Source: Vicugna vicugna
Taxonomy: Eukaryota
Reading direction: 5' to 3'
DNA length: 64,000 bases
Assembly (NCBI GenBank): GCA_013265495.1
Contig: MU058337.1
Span: 2,510,686-2,574,685, forward strand
Shown: positions 12,901-25,364 of the stretch, piece by piece
Layout of the letters: each line of letters begins with the position of its first letter
Position numbering within the stretch: position 1 is the first letter of the stretch
The notes under the pieces: model-generated
The model's database searches: none
What the model saw: the letters and a program-made list of their open reading frames with translations, nothing else
What the model was told of the DNA's origin: nothing
Position numbers and translations under genes: made by a program

Positions 12901-14968
12901 CAAGCAAAGGAAGCAAAAGAGAGTCAAAGTTATGAAAGGCATTTGTACAAGGCAGCATGGCATCAGCTTACGGTGCGTGAAACAGCGTCTCTTGGAATAC
13001 AACTCATGTTTTATCTGGAAATCGCCAATATTTATGTTTCTCTCTTGTCTTTAACAGGTACACAAGAAATGCTCGCTTGTTCTTAGATATTCCTATTTTG
13101 AAAATATGTTTTGTTTCCTCTGAGCTAAAAAAAAAAACTGAAGAGCAGAACTGTTTGCACATAGTATGCATTCAGCAGTTTTATGTTACTCACTCCAGCG
13201 AATTTCTATTACAAGGGTGCATTTTAAGAAGTTGCTCGTATGTAGAGGTAATTAAGCTTGAAAAAAGTTGTGCATTTAAGGAGTTTCAACAACTAGAGAG
13301 CAATATATTTGGTAACACAGGATATCTGGTAACCAAATGCCACAGGAATATGGAGAAGGAGAGAGTGTTTTCGGCCCAGAAAGTCACTGAAGCCTCAGTG
13401 AAAAAGGGACGATCGGAGACGATAACCAAATGATGTGGACCAACCTCCCTTGATTTCTTCTCTCTCCTGTTTGTCCTTCTAAGTCTGACGTCCATCCAAG
13501 TGAAGGAAGTTCACACATAATAAACTAAATTGGCTTGTTTGAATAAACATCATTTTATTCTCAACATAGTACTTTTCTTATCACAGCAGCTACACATACA
13601 GAGAAATATGGTCAGGATAGGGTTTCTGTTTGCAGCTTCTATTTTCCACCTCAAATATCCTTCACACCCTCTACATATTCTTTGACTTTCAGATTTAGAT
13701 TTAGAGAAATGATAACCTTTTGGAATCATGACTTAAGCGTCTAAATACATTTGTGGACTGCATTCATACCTGTACAAATTCCATTTTGTGTGTGTCTGTA
13801 TGCTTACTCATTTGTTTTATACAGCTTTGTTTCATTTATTTTACATGCCACAAAACTGTGTTTTCTGAACTATTGCAAATGGGAGTATTATTTCACTTTC
13901 CAAAAATAAATGGAAGGATGTGGTTTCCTTTAAGCCTTTAAGATGTAACATTTATTTGTCTTCTTATAATGTGAATTGTAATATAGCTGAGCTTCTTAGA
14001 AATAGTACTTATTTTTGAAAAAAAAAAGCAGCAGACTATCATCTGATTGTGTGGCCACTGTTTTCAGTATCTCAGGCTATTTTTCAAGTCCTTTTTTAGT
14101 CATTCTCATGACCTTTCTAGTGAAAATAGGTTACCCTGTTATTCTGAGTATCAATTACAATGTCCTTGATCCCTCCTGATAGTGTGGAATTGAATTCCTC
14201 CTCCATTGAATGTCAACAATAAGGGATTTATTCAGTAGCCTGAAGATGGTGTCACTTGAAATAGAGAAGGGAATCCTTCCTCTTTATTCCAATTAGCAAT
14301 ACAGGGAGAGAGCTGCTCCCTTCCCCCCTTCTTGTCATAGCCTCATAAAGGAACAGCACCGAAATCGGACCCTATCACCTGCCTAGCCTGCTGGAAACCA
14401 ACCGTGGCCAGCAGGTAAGATGCAGTTTGTGAATATGGAAGCCTAAATTTCAAGATGTCTTTGGTTGGTTACCAACCTATTTCCCAGCAGGAAACAGTGC
14501 TATTACCTTTCACTTAATGGTAAGATTTTTCACTGAAGGCGAGTGAAAAGTGCAACACAAGAACGGTGAGGATGTGCTGCATTTGTCTGGTGTAAACAGG
14601 AAGGCTCATGTTGCAGGAGAGCTGGTCTTTACCTTTCAGGGTAAACAGATGCCAAGAAGATACTGATATTCAGAAATAAGGTCCTTGCTTATTCTCCCCA
14701 ATATATGAGTGTGATTTTGCTGTAAAGATTCCTTTCACTTAAATCTACTCTTATTCTTGCCAACAGTACATATTTATGTTGTGGAATTTTATCTTTTGTT
14801 TAGACACAAAGGATTAATTAAAAATAAAGTTTTTTATCTTGAACAAGCTTAAAAATACTCTTATTTTTACTCATATAAAAGGTATCGTATGTTCCAAAAA
14901 ATAGCTTTAGAGTCATATTAAATTCACTAGATTAGAGAAAAAACAACTTGTAAAGTATTTGAGATTCA

Positions 14969-15126
14969 CCTCTTGGGGAGTGATGGAAATATTAACCATC
15001 CTGATGTTGGTGGTGGTTTCCTGGGTGTGGACATCTATCAAAATGCATCAAACTGTACATCTGAAATATGTGTAGTTTACTGTATAGGAACTATATCACA
15101 GTAAAGGTGTTAAAAATTTTAAAAAA
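14969..15126 (+). mobile_element. Short L1M-3'-end-like retroposed element, copy B
   Basis: Homologous to 10860-11022; TSD ttgagattca at 14959-14968 and 15127-15136; A-rich tail. Confidence 0.8.
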
Positions 15127-15448
15127 TTGAGATTCAAGTAAGAATAATATATGCCATCTGAATTTTGTCCACTCCTTCTTTGTGTCTTTGTATTTTTTTG
15201 AATAAAAAACACAACTTCAGACTTCTTTCATTTCTTTGGTTCAGAGAGATTGAGAGAAAGGACAAGTTTGGGAAGAAGAAAGAAAGAATGTGAGAATAGA
15301 TTTTGGAAGCTGACAATGAGATCAAATGATAAGGCCAGATAGAAAATAGCATTGAGGTCTTAGAGAGATTTTTGAAGAACAGTTAGAGGGAAACATTTAG
15401 TCCCATAATAAGCATCACAATGTATAACCATAAAGGGGCAGGTCTGAG

Positions 15449-15710
15449 TGAGTATTCTGGGGAGGCAGCAAAACTGTATCAACTAGGCAAATAGTAAATA
15501 CAGTGTGTCTTCAATGATTAAGATATTTTTTAATGGAGAAAAAATGTAACTAAGAATTTGTTATTCCAGATAGATGAATTGAGTGTTCTGGGGAGGCAGC
15601 AAAACTGTATCAACTAGGCAAATAGTAAATACAGTGTGTCTTCAATGATTAAGATATTTTTTAATGGAGAAAAAATGTAACTAAGAATTTGTTATTCCAG
15701 ATAGATGAAT
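15449..15710. repeat. Tandem duplication, 2 x 131 bp
   Basis: 15449-15579 and 15580-15710 differ at one position that I can see (15454 A vs 15585 G). Confidence 0.97.
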
Positions 15711-16341
15711 TTTTTGCACTGTATACAAGAAAGTTATGAGAAAGATTTAAGGTGGATGTTAATAACGTTACTTTGACACTGTCTCAGTACAATTAAACAT
15801 GATTTTTAGTGGCTGTCATGAGTTGTGTATAAAGAGGTAATACACTCCAATTTTCTGTTGTACCTCGACTCCATTCAATGAACCAAGGATCAGTGGAGCC
15901 AGTGAGTACAAATTATCTGTAGGGTGTGCACTTGTCAACTGTGGTGAGGTACTGAAAACCAGGAAGTGAACTTCGATGAGTCAAATCAAAATCTAATGAA
16001 GAGATCTTGCCAGCTGCTCCTCTCTCGTCCCCCTGACTAGTAGCCCTGACTGAACATAAGGACGTGGTCAAGTCCAAGCCCACAGGAAGCACAGAACTTG
16101 AGTTTTCAAGGCTTCATTCTGATTAAGAGCCTGAGAACCACCCACACAGGATGAAGCATTTCCCATTAAGCAAGAGTGGTGCTTATGGCAGAGTTTTCCT
16201 CACTGCTCCCTAGACAGAACCATCTTTTCTCAATATGGCTTTATTATGACTGAAATGTCCAAATTATAACATGAAGATCTGTTGTCTATTCACTCTTCCA
16301 TTTCTTCTTATTTTAAAGTGCATGCATTATTTATAAGCCAT

Positions 16342-17040
16342 AGGATACTACTTCACAACCACTAGGATGGCTAAAAGAATTGTTTCAGAAAGAAAGAAAA
16401 AAAAAAGAGCAAGTGTTGGTAAAGACATGGAAACACTGGAAGCCTCATATCCTGCTAGCAGGAATGTAAAATGGTGCAGGCATCTTGAAAATTTTGGTCA
16501 TTCCTCAAAAATTTAAACATAGAATTACCATATTATCCAGCAATTCTACTGAAAGTATATGTCTGTCTAAAAATGTACACACAAATGTTTATAGCAGTAT
16601 ATTTTTAATAGCCAAAAAGTAGAGACCAAAGTCTCCATCAACTGATGAATGATAAAACGGAATATTATACAGCCAAAAAAGGAATGAAGTACTGATACAT
16701 GCTACCACGTGGATGAATCTTGAAAACATTATGCTAAGGGAAAGAAGCCAGATACAAAGGTCACACACCATATGATTCCACTTGCATAAAAAGTCCAGAA
16801 TAGGCAAATTTATTAAGATAGAAAGTAGGTTAGTGGTTGCTGGGGAACTGGGGAAGGGAAGAATGGAGAGTGACTGCTAATGGACATGGGGTTTCTTTTT
16901 GCTGTGTGGAAAATGTTCTGAAATTAGATAGTGGGGATGGTTGTACAGCTTTGTGTATATACTACAAACAACTAAACTGTACACTTGACAATGATAAATT
17001 TTATGGTATGTGAATGATATCTCAATAAAGCTATAAAAAT
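16342..17040 (+). mobile_element. Ancient L1 (L1MB-like): ORF2 end plus 3'UTR
   Basis: atactacttcacaaccactaggatggct, aatgtaaaatggtgcag, ggaatgaagtactgatacatgcta, ending atctcaataaagct. Confidence 0.9.
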
Positions 17041-17139
17041 AGTTGAATGTTTTTAAATTGAAGGAGAACACGAGTCCTCATATAAAAAGTACATGCTGAG
17101 TATCAAGCAAGATAAATAAAAATAAATTCATATCTGGTT

Positions 17140-17955
17140 AAAAAAAATGTGTGGTCAAAAGACTTAAACACATCACCCAAAAAAGATGTGATTTGGTAAT
17201 CAGGCATATATACAAAGATCATTAACATTATTGATTATCAAGGAAATATAAATTCAGTTTTCAGTGAGATACCATTTGACACCCACTATAAAGTCTGATA
17301 TTTTAAAAAAAGACAGTAAACATTGAATATTAGAGAAATGTGAAGGAATTGACACTTTCATATTTTGCTGGTGGGAGTGTCAGTGGTTTGACCACTTTGA
17401 AGAACAGATTAGCCCTTCCTTACAAAGTTCAGCATTTGGCCAATGTATGACCCTTCAATCTTACTTCTAATCATGTATCCAAAATAAATGCAAACATCAG
17501 TCCATAAAAATGACTTGTTCAGAAAACTTCAATAGCAGCCTAATTCATAAGAGCCCCAAACCAGAAATAACCCAAGTTTCCATCAACAGAAGAATGGGTT
17601 AAAAATACCAGCACCCTAGAGGCGGAGCCATACAATAAGTTACCAGCCAGCGATGGAAGTGAACACACAGCTGGGACATGAGATCACGGCAAACCTCAAA
17701 AAGGGTATTTTAAGCAAGAGAAACTGGGCACAAAGAAGAATACACTGACTCATTCCATTGTCCACACACTTTTACAACTATAGTGGCAGAAGTTGAAAAG
17801 ATGTTCCCTGGGGTGGGTTGGAAAGGGCAGGGGAGAATGATCATAAGTGACAGAATGTTCGATATCTTTCTTTGAGTTTAGTTGCATAGATATAAATAAT
17901 TTTCCAAATTCATAGGACTGAGCACCTACGATTTGTACATTTCATTTCCGTTAAT
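17140..17955 (+). mobile_element. Older L1M (L1MC/ME-like) 3' fragment
   Basis: caaaagacttaaaca, gtgagatacca, tgctggtgggagtgt, ccatcaacagaagaatgg. Confidence 0.75.
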
Positions 17956-20079
17956 GGATGTTAATATTTTTTCTTTTGTTCATCTGTGTGATTTTTCCAC
18001 GTATTTTCAATATTACTTATTTTGTCATTAAATTGCGATAAACAATCACATCATGGCTATTTTCCATTTTGTGACAGGGCTCCATACATCCAGTTTGAAC
18101 ATCTAGTTTGCTATCTTTCTTTTAGAAATTAGCTTCATACCTGTGTCCAACCTCGTCTGGCACGCCACTAGTCATACACCTGCTGATTTTCCATCATCTG
18201 ACGTAATTTTCTAAAGTGCCACCTGTGATACAGCATATTGTACAGCTTCAATTTAAAACTTTATGAATATTAAAAGCAAATGCTACTGTTTCCTTGAACG
18301 TACTTGGCTTCACATTCTATCCGCCATGCCTAACCCAGGTGTTGATTTAAAATTCAGTGGCACCGAGCGATTATGTTTCATTCTAAATCATCTCATATTC
18401 TTTTTAATTCTTGATGGATCTAACACAGAAGCCCGGGAAATGCTTCCTTCCCCATTGACCATATAGCACATTTTGTCATTGAAGGCTCATGCTTCATCAT
18501 TTGGAATTTCATTCTAAACAAAGATTCGTAAGCGAGCCTTCCAGCAGCTGCCTTGTCAGGTTTGTGAAAGGGAAAAATTAAATCTATGATATTTATTCCA
18601 AGCATTCTCTGTAATGGATCTCATAGGAGAGCTTCATTTTATTTTCTGTTTATCAGAAATAAGGCCTATCAAAGACACGGTAGGCAAGTCATTATGTAAA
18701 GCCATTACACAGATGGTGGATAATAATAAGAAGTTGTCAATTGAAATCTGTCCCTTTAATAAGAGAAATAGCATTTGACTTTTTTCTTATCAATGATAAT
18801 CCCTAGTGCTTATTAAATATGGTGGCACCTCCACGTTACCAGAAAAAGATCTGGCCTTGATAATAAACATTTTTTAATGGCGTGGAACATCCCATAGTCC
18901 CTCATTTTATTTTATCAGCATCAGTGGGGAGAGATGCTAGAGAGATTGCTGGTTATAGATGATACGTGGATGGAGGATACATGATAGATACTTAATATTG
19001 TCAAAAAGAACGAAGGCACATAATTGTGATGAGCCTTTCACGGATGACATTTATCCTTAATCAAATGTTTTAAGTTAACCTCATGGAAGTAGACCATGGC
19101 ATTGCTTCATGCTTTAATTTTTAATCTTATTTATACTGTCACTGTTAAAATGGTAGAGGTGTAACAACATTGGTTCAAATATTCATTAATTTTTTCATTT
19201 AAAAGTATTTCTTAAGAAATTGACATGTTCCAGGCCCGATGTTAGGAGAATAAGTTGTAAATGTGACCTCCTGGGGTTTACATCCAACCTAGTGAGTGGC
19301 TTCTCCACCAACGATTATTTGGTGGATTCTTAAGACTCTGAAATGAGATTGAATTCATCAAGCACGTATTCACCCAACCAGGACCTTTGGAAGACTTACT
19401 CTCTTCCAGCCAAGTAGGGAAGGGAGACTAAAATGAAAAAGGTCATAAGAAGCTTCCATCCAGGCAGACGAGCACTGACAGTTTTCAACCTCCCCAAGGT
19501 TAAATGTGTTAATACAAGTGAGTTTATCATCACTGCATGTAAACTTAGTAGGTGTAAACTTAACTCTAGTTACAGCGGTGGTATACACGTTTCCGTCAAA
19601 GCCATCGTCCTTGCTAGGCCTTCACAATACCCAGTAAGACTTTGTTCCAAGTTCATATTTGCACTTCCACCATTTTGCATTTTGGACTAAAACCAAATGC
19701 TTGAAACAACCATAAACTGAACAGGAATTTCTGCTACTATTTCTTGTGACGTATTTTGGGATAATGTTATTAATAACCTAGTAGAAAAATAAAGGAGGTG
19801 GACATAAGGATCAGAAGAGCAGATGGCATTAACACAATACAAAATGAGAATGGAAATTGTCAGTTAAGATCTATTTTTCAGGTTATACTCAGAATAACGG
19901 ATGTGTGTTGTCGATCTTTAGAGCCTTCTTTTTTGGATTATTGAGAGACTCACTCCCTATAAAATGCCAGTTTAAATCAATCACTATAATAAGGTTAACA
20001 GACTTCAAGGCAGGAATGAAGAACCATTTAAATCAATGCAATTTTATTATAATCATTTAAATGTCATTTTAGAATGACT

Positions 20080-20305
20080 TAGAGTTTTTTCAGTGTCGAT
20101 GCTGTTGGCATTTGGGGCCGCATAACTCTTTATTTGGAGAATCTTTCCTGTGCACTGTAGCGTGTTTAGTAGCATCCATGACCTGTTGCCCATTAGATAC
20201 CAGTGGTACCTCCTTCCTTCTCCTCCCAGTTGTGAGAACCAAAAACTTCGCCAGGCATCGCCCAATGTCCTTGAGGGGGTAATATTGCCACCTGTGGAAA
20301 ATCAG
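20080..20305 (-). mobile_element. MER20, near full length
   Basis: cctgtgcactgtagcgtgtttagtagcatcc...ccagttgtgagaaccaaaaa...cccaatgtccttgagggg is the reverse complement of MER20. Confidence 0.9.
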
Positions 20306-21108
20306 ACTAGGAAGAAATGATTGAGGAGAAGAAAGATACAAGCCCCTGTAACTTAGGAAACAAAGAAGTCTTTGAGAAAGAGCTTAAACATAGGGGAGCA
20401 ACCAACTTGCCCGAAGCTGTGGCTGAGGGTGACGAGGGACAAAGCAAATGTGCCGATCATTTAGCGTTAGTGCTCGGAAGCCATTCGCGTACCGCCTGCA
20501 ATATATGCATCAACGAAAGCAAGTGAAAGCAGTCACACAAATCCACAGAAACCGTGAGACAGTGGATAAAAGAAAAGAGTGAGTATCTTTTAGTGAAAAT
20601 AGAGTCTTAATTATGAACTTTATTTCAACACGTGTTTAAATGTTGTACTCCTTGGATTACAAATACAAAGTGAAGTCATCAGCTGCAGATTTCGTCTATC
20701 TAGGTAATCATATTTTGGCTTTCTTTTTAAAAGTTCAAACATATGTGTACTAAATAGGTTATCATCACTTTTCTCAATTATCCAAACAGTAATTATCTCT
20801 ACAAACTAACCTTAATGAAACACCTGGTGTCTTTAAGAGATTTTTAAACAATTTTCTTGGGATTTTTTTAAGTAATTTCAACTCAAGTACAGGAATCTCC
20901 CAACTGGTGAGATTTATCTATGTTAAATGTGGTTAAATGTGACTTTCACTTAAAGTATTTTTAAGGTGGACAGAGAGGCAGTGTCAACTTCCTACCTAAT
21001 CTTTAGTTTAGAAAAATAAATGAAAATGACAGCCACATTAGTATTATCAATATAAAGGTGTTGAATCAAATACCAAGAATCCAAATTATTTTCTTTGGCT
21101 ACATCTTT

Positions 21109-21111
<3 letters not shown>

Positions 21112-21148
<37 letters not shown>
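21112..21148. repeat. (AC)~18 microsatellite
   Basis: Uninterrupted AC run read directly. Confidence 0.98.
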
Positions 21149-21155
<7 letters not shown>

Positions 21156-22445
21156 TTGTAAAATGGGAAAGTCATTCCTAAAAATTTACTCCCATTTAAG
21201 TTGATGTTAAAGCAGAGGCCGGCACAAACTCATCTTGATACTATGTTTATGCGGACAGGGTGGAGTTACGTGTGGGACTGAGGCCCCCTTCTGTGCTCCA
21301 TGAAGCCAGTCCCGGCTCAGTGCTGCCCTGCTCCTGTGCATAGACTTTGACTCACTTTTCTGCATCTGTCTGCACTCGTCTTCATCCACTATGAACATTG
21401 ACCATGGACCTCCTCACCACAACTTCAACCAGATAGTCCCAAGTAAGAAAAGGTTATTCGGGCTTTAAAGGAGGAAAAAAGTTTTCCTTGGTTGCGTTCC
21501 TTTGGGAAACACCAGATTCTGTTAAGAAAAAGGAATTTCTTTCAAGGAAAAAAGAGAAGAGTTCTTTTCCAATGAGTATAAAACTGACAGTTCATGGTAC
21601 AAGAACATGGATGACTCAAAATAGTCAGACATAACATGTTCGAACATTGTGTAATAAGCATATGGAATGCATTGACCAAAATCGCCATCAAAGGAAACAC
21701 ATAAACGAGCTTAAGAAGCAGACGTTTTTACATCAGGAAGAGGATTACGGCAGAGGACAGCAAGTCAGCGAACAGAATTCTGATAAAAGAGGACAGATTC
21801 TTTGCCACACATGGTACTTTCAGGTCATCCATCTAAAGCATAAATCTGTACTTCTAATTAAAATGTGCCTCCCAAAGCCAGTGCACATGGCTTAGCATGC
21901 GCAGGATTAGGCTGGCCGTGGCCTGGGTCGTGGTGTACGTAGGTGCTTCACATCCTTGCCTCATTAATAAGAAGTACACTCACAGCACTGGACGGAAAAC
22001 TGGGGACAACCTCTCGTGTCGTTTAAGCCAGAATTAATTTTACTGTAAAACTGAGTGTCCTGTTAACAAAAAGAACACCGTAGGTTAATAGATCATAGCC
22101 AACGTAGCACACCTCTCCTCGTAGTACACGAAGCGCATATTTTTAAAGTCCCCTTTCATACTTTTTGATCTGATTTCTGCTCAGTCCTGGACACAAGGAT
22201 TCTCTCTGGCGGCTCGTGTGGCGCGGCCCCAGCTCGGGCCGCGATCGCCCTCGGCGCCTTCCTGCCTCTGCGGCCCTGTGCCTTCTCCTCTTCCCTGCTC
22301 GTGGCTGGTTGATGTGCTCAGACTCTGAGCCAGCACACTTTTACCTTTGCTTCTCATTAGATCAGCATCAAAGCTGCCATTTCTGCGACACTAATAGATA
22401 CCAGACACTCATAAGTGTTTCCTAATGCATCTATACATTAAATCT

Positions 22446-22579
22446 TTTCTTAAAAAAACTTTTTAGCAGGGGGAGGTAATTAGGTTTATATATCTATTTT
22501 TAATGGAGGTCTTGGGGATTGAACCCAGGACCTCGTGCACGCTAAGCATACGCTCTACCACTGAGCTCTAGCTTCCTCC
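22446..22579 (-). mobile_element. vic-1-type SINE
   Basis: gggggaggtaattaggttta...ggggattgaacccaggacctcgtgcacgctaagcatacgctctaccactgagct; TSD atacatta(a/c)atct at 22433-22445 and 22582-22594. Confidence 0.92.
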
Positions 22580-22739
22580 AAATACATTACATCTCAATAA
22601 AAACAGTAAGAAGTCAGTTTATTTGACTCCATTGTAGGAGCCCCCATTGAGTGCCCTTTAACTACTGAGGCCATGCCAAGAACTTCTTCTCACCTTATCT
22701 CATCCTCACAAAATTCTGAGAGATTAGTTTTAACACGAC

Positions 22740-23203
22740 TCTTATGGGCTGAGTTGTGCCCCACCGAATTCACGCGTTGAAGTCCTAACCACGGCATGTC
22801 AAAAGGTGACCTTATTTGGAAATCGGGTCATTGCAGATGTAACTAGTTGACATGAGGTCATACCAGAGGAGGGTGGGCCCCTGATCCAATGTCACTGCTG
22901 TCCTTATAACAAGGGGAGAGCTGGACCCAGACACACACAGGGAGAACACTATGTATAGATGAAGGCAGCAATTTGGGCAACACATTTATAAGCCAAAGGA
23001 TACCCAAGATTGCCAGAAAATCACTAGAAACATGGAGCCACAGGGGAGAGACATGGAACTGATTTGCCCTCAGAAGAAACCAAGCCTGCCAATATCTTGG
23101 TCTCAGACGTCTACCATTAAGAACTGTGAGAAATGAATGTTTGCTGTTGTCAGTCTTCCATTGTACGGTATTCTGTTATGAAAACCACAAGGAAACTAAT
23201 ACA
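22740..23203 (+). mobile_element. MaLR solo LTR (MLT1B/C-like), inserted in a minus-strand MIR
   Basis: ttatgggctgagttgtgcccc...gtgaccttatttggaaat...aggaaactaataca; MIR-like sequence on both flanks (~22620-22739, 23204-23300). Confidence 0.9.
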
Positions 23204-25364
23204 ATTAACATTTTGTAGTTGAGGGGGTGAGGCCCCTTGAAGGTCACAATGCCAAAATTTAGGTATAAAAATGGGACTGTCCAGTCCAGAAGTCTAGTGA
23301 CTTTAGCAAGAGTTCCCAGTTCTCCCCATCACTTTCTTCCTCTCTAGCTTTCCTCCTACCTGGCTCTGCCCACTCCCCTTATCCCGTGAATTATGAATCC
23401 AGGGATCATGGCTCTTTCCGCCCAGACCTAGAACCAGAGAGAATGGATTCGCTGGCAGGAGCTGGAGAGACGACATTTGGGGTCAGTGGTGTTTTTCTCA
23501 GAGAAGTCGTCTGCTAAGAGCCGCATAAAAATGTGCTCTTAGCAAAATCTCTCTTACCCCGCGGGAGCTAAGAGCAGGGACCGCCCCCCCCATGTCTCCA
23601 CCCCACGCACCCGCTCTGGGCTAGTACAGACCTGCCTTTCACTGAGTCCTGCTCCTCTGCCTACTCTGAACAGCCTGGGAACATTTAATACTGTGTCCTG
23701 AAAAGCTTCTTCACAAGGAACACGGGGAGGGCAGTGGCTGGGTAGTGAGCAATATTATGCTTTTTCCCTTTTGTCTACACATAGGAGAGGGTGCTGAATA
23801 AGGCTAACCCGTGTATTTGGTATCCTTTATCCACATAATCACCCCACAAAGACCAGGGTATGGATAGCAAACAGCTCCGTGCTGGTGACCCGTCTTGAGG
23901 ATCACGTGTTTGTGCTAATGCTGCAGGACCAGATTAGGTAGCTTGTTACATCCAGCTCTTTCCAGAGACCTGCAGAAAACATCAGTCAGTCCTATTCTCT
24001 GTGCTTGCTCTGCTTTCCCTGCAGCGACCTTTGCCCCTCACTTCATTCTTTTCTGCTTTATCTTTCTATTATGTGTCAACACCCTCTCCGCCTACTCTCC
24101 ATCGCGTTCCTACTTGGATGATCCATTGTTGGATGCAGTTCCCAACACCAGTAACCCTCCTTTATTCCCTGTCTTGTTGTTGTTGTTACATTTTTTCTTA
24201 ACACTAACCTTCTAGTTAACCATCTGCTCCCAGTTTTTTCTCCCCTTTTGGAGGAGAGGGGTGCTGTTCTGAACCCCATCGTTCTGATAACTGTTTCTGC
24301 AAGGCTCCCTTTCTCCTCGACTAACTGCTAAGGGGAGTTTATATTATGCAAAAAATAAAGATGCTGACATTTGGAATCAAACAGACCTTTGGAGAAAAAG
24401 TATTGTCCTAGTTAGACATTTGATTCAGTGGCCTTGTCCACTTAGGATTTGAAGTTACGGGGCAAATTGTGGATGCGTAAACCATAACACATTGCCCAAT
24501 TATAGTGTCTGCATGATAGTGGAGTCCCTGCACCATTTTCCTAGAGGGTGGTGCTATAACAGTTAAGCCCATTCCACAACTTGAGGAAGGGCGTAGCTAC
24601 GAAAGTGAAGCCGAAGAAGAACTCACACAGGAGCATCCTCAGAGCAAACGGCTGGCCGGGAACACAGCTCTGCCCCTGATCAGTCGTGTGATCTCCTAGC
24701 TCTAGTCTTTGCATCTGGAACATAAAAGAGCTTGGACCAGACGGTCTCTAAAGTCCCTCTACATGGCTGGAAAAAATCAATTTTAAATGGTCAAAGCCTG
24801 TTTTTCACATGGTTTTAAAAAATCCACCAAGAAATAATATAATAAATATGATAGAGAAGAAAAGCCCCCAACAGATGAGAGACAGATCACACAGAATCCC
24901 TTAGATGTGCTAACGGTTTCCAGTTAGCAGAAGTGTGTAAAAAGTCACAGACCAGGTAGGGGGAGAACCTACAGGAGCATCTTAGCTCAGCTGTCAGCGA
25001 TGAGGGAAAAAGCATCAAGAAAGCAGCAGGACCAAGCTGGCTGAAAACTTATGGGATAACTGGGCTGCATTTCATTAAGAGGAAAACGGTTAAAAAGGAA
25101 AGAGATCTCATAAACTGTGAAATGAAAACCTGTAGAAAAATTACCAAATAGCTGGATTTTGAATGGGAGAGTTATCATGGCCAGGCATTTGTCCCCAGGA
25201 TTAATTTGGTCAATATGTGATGCTAAGAGAATCCTCTCTTAGAAACCCTGCCCGTGCATGCCAAGGCTATTTCTGCAGGTCACAAAGTTGCCATTAGTGC
25301 TAAAAGCAAGACCTACTCTGATGACCTTAGCGACAACTCCATCCTCTCTGTTATGAACTTCAAA

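Noticed and set aside
15449..15710. CRISPR-like array
   Set aside because: It is two abutting 131-bp units with no spacers, in mammalian DNA.
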